A stretch of 64,000 nucleotides of DNA from Malacoraja senta. Taxonomy: Eukaryota. The stretch's first letter is position 1, and each line of letters opens with the position of its first letter. The stretch spans positions 7,876,001-7,940,000 of the forward strand of contig CM075990.1 of the NCBI GenBank assembly GCA_038087875.1, in the 5' to 3' direction. The notes under the pieces were generated by a model that saw only the letters and a program-made list of their open reading frames with translations, had not been told where the DNA came from and searched no databases. Positions 62,191 through 64,000 of the stretch are shown here, in pieces. A program made the position numbers and the translations under genes.

Positions 62191-63147
62191 GTTCTGACCT
62201 GAAAAGCAATGCTCACATCCATGAATGAATAAAAAATATATACATAGATTGAACTAGATATTCTACATCTGTAGAGAATTTGCCATCTATGCCTCTCAGA
62301 AGAAAATAATTAATTGATTTTGAGCCTGAAGTGATTTAGTTATTCCCAGTCTTAGGATTGTTATTTATTTTGTCAACTGCAAAAACTGAATTTGAGCAGT
62401 GTGGTTGCAGCTGCCTGACTAAATCTCCACAGATCACTGTTTTCTGTTAAGATGTCTTGCAAAGGCCATGGGATTGATGGAGAAATTCGCGATTCACAAA
62501 ATGCTGTTGAATTTAGAACTTGATGTGGAACCCAAGTGTTAACACGGCACCTCCACCAACTGCAGCCTCCAAATATGCTCCCCGGTTGTTGTGTGGCATC
62601 CAATATATTGCCCTTAGGAATCTACATTTTAAATTCTAACTAAACCGATACTCAAATGATGAATTCATTTCACAGTGCTGTCTCCAACCTCTTCAGTTAG
62701 TCTTTTCTTCCTCCATGGCATGGACTTTGTTCCTTTCTCTGCACTTTTAGCATCATCTTCAATTGCTTGTTCTTCTCTTCCCCACAATTCAGCAGCCGTT
62801 GTCACTTGATGTAGGAGGATTGTGGAGACCTCTTGCCTGCAGAATCATAAAGCTAAACAGCAGGGAAACAGGCTCTTTGGTCATACCTGTCCATGCCAAC
62901 CAAGTCATTTGCCCCATATCCCTTCATAATAAATATCTGTTTAAATGTATTTTCAGACATAATTGTATCTGCTTCAAGGTTTCAAAGTCACGGTTTCAAG
63001 GTCAGTTTATTGTCACATGTACCAATTAAGTTACAGTGAAATTTGAGTTTTAGATATGGCTACCTTCTGTGAGGAAAAAGGTGTCCTTGAGTTCCCACTT
63101 AAATCTCCCCCTTCTCATCTAAAGGGAAAGGAAGTATCTCAAAAGCA

Positions 63148-63367
63148 TTTAAGAAGGAACTGCAGATGCTGGAAAATCGAAGGTAGACAAAAGTGCCGGA
63201 GAAACTCAGCGGGTGCAGCTGCATCTATGAAGCGAAGGAAATAGGCAACGTTTCGGGCCGAAACCCTTCTTCAGACTCAAGAAGGGTTTCGGCCCGAAAC
63301 GTTGCCTATTTCCTTCGCTCAATAGATGCTGCTGCACCCGCTGAGTTTCTCCAGCACTTTTGTCTAC
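63148..63367. mobile_element. Foldback Penelope-terminal-repeat element with a 13-bp TSD (one mismatch)
   Basis: Inverted arms of about 85 bp around ttcagactcaag; TATCTCAAAAGCA at 63135-63147 and TATCTAAAAAGCA at 63368-63380. Confidence 0.88.
63246..63276 (-). ncRNA. Minimal type I hammerhead-ribozyme-like motif (Penelope-associated)
   Basis: The minus strand reads GU-CUGAAGA-A-GGGU(UUCG)GCCC-GAAA-CGUU-G: CUGANGA and GAAA cores, stem II with a UUCG loop, and a self-complementary AACGUU stem III. Confidence 0.6.
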
Positions 63368-64000
63368 TATCTAAAAAGCAGCCCCATGACTGATTCATGA
63401 GGCTTTATTTATTTGGATGATGATGGTAATTCTGATCTGGTTGACATCTGTTGCCTAATTGTGGGTTCCGGGCTTGATATTGGCCCTATCCTTGAAGTGT
63501 TGTCGTCTGTGCCACAGGATCCCTTCAGTGTATCGCTCAGATTTGATGTTGTTACCATAATGCTATTTGTATTGATTTTCTTTGGCGGGTTAATGCATTA
63601 GCTGATCGTGAAGAATTACTTTGTGTTGCTTTGTAGATTGGTTACTTACTAACCAATGTAGTGCTTTATTATTAGAAGCTCCGCCTATTACATTGTTCAT
63701 ATTATCGCAACCCAACTTGTGCTGGCAGACCATGCAGCTATACAGCAGAAGCAACATGCTGTAGTGTGTTATATGCGTTTTTCAATAAATACTGTTGTAC
63801 CATGTTCGTGAGTATGACTGGGTCATTCGACAGCTTCATCTTGTAGATTGCACACAATGCAGTCGCAGTTTTCTGGTTGAGGAAAGGATAGATGGAGTAC
63901 AGTAGTATTGAAACTGCGTGTTGTCATCAGGCCAGTTGAGTATGGCAGCCTATTCCTAATAAGTTATATGGTGGAATGGCTCGAAGATGTCTGCAGGTGA

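Noticed and set aside
1..64000. Prokaryotic-type systems (CRISPR array, operons, defence or retron loci)
   Set aside because: The sequence is a spliced vertebrate gene with TE-rich introns; there is no regularly spaced repeat-spacer array and no dense ORF packing.
52335..64000. Next WAPL exon (expected ...AVEDCMRAIIGVLLNLT...)
   Set aside because: No matching peptide was found by eye; candidate acceptors near 63636 and 63846 do not give WAPL-like sequence. It probably lies beyond the window.

Overview
This is eukaryotic (vertebrate) genomic DNA, most likely from a cartilaginous fish such as a skate or ray; that assignment is inferred from the repeat families and is not proven. The whole window lies inside one + strand gene, WAPL (cohesin release factor). 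Ten internal coding exons can be placed with GT-AG boundaries and consistent phases: 3699-4757, 14215-14333, 31565-31705, 36768-36920, 38745-38881, 43847-43958, 44674-44898, 47151-47262, 48345-48442 and 52258-52334 (2233 nt, about 743 full codons). The start and stop exons lie outside the window. The introns are dense with decayed transposons: CR1, L2 and Rex1-type LINEs, Penelope-like GIY-YIG retroelements, tRNA-derived V-SINE/HE1-like and Deu-like SINEs, and PIF/Harbinger and hAT MITEs. The most notable hidden items are: (i) recurrent minimal hammerhead-ribozyme cores in the Penelope terminal repeats, including short foldback insertions with target-site duplications; (ii) an unannotated, Arg-rich histone H1-like pseudogene in the 17 kb intron; (iii) a multi-level nested transposon stack at 56.3-58.1 kb; (iv) Harbinger MITEs that share termini but have different interiors. 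No prokaryotic system, CRISPR array or intact transposon ORF was found. Repeat boundaries are approximate unless a TSD is quoted.
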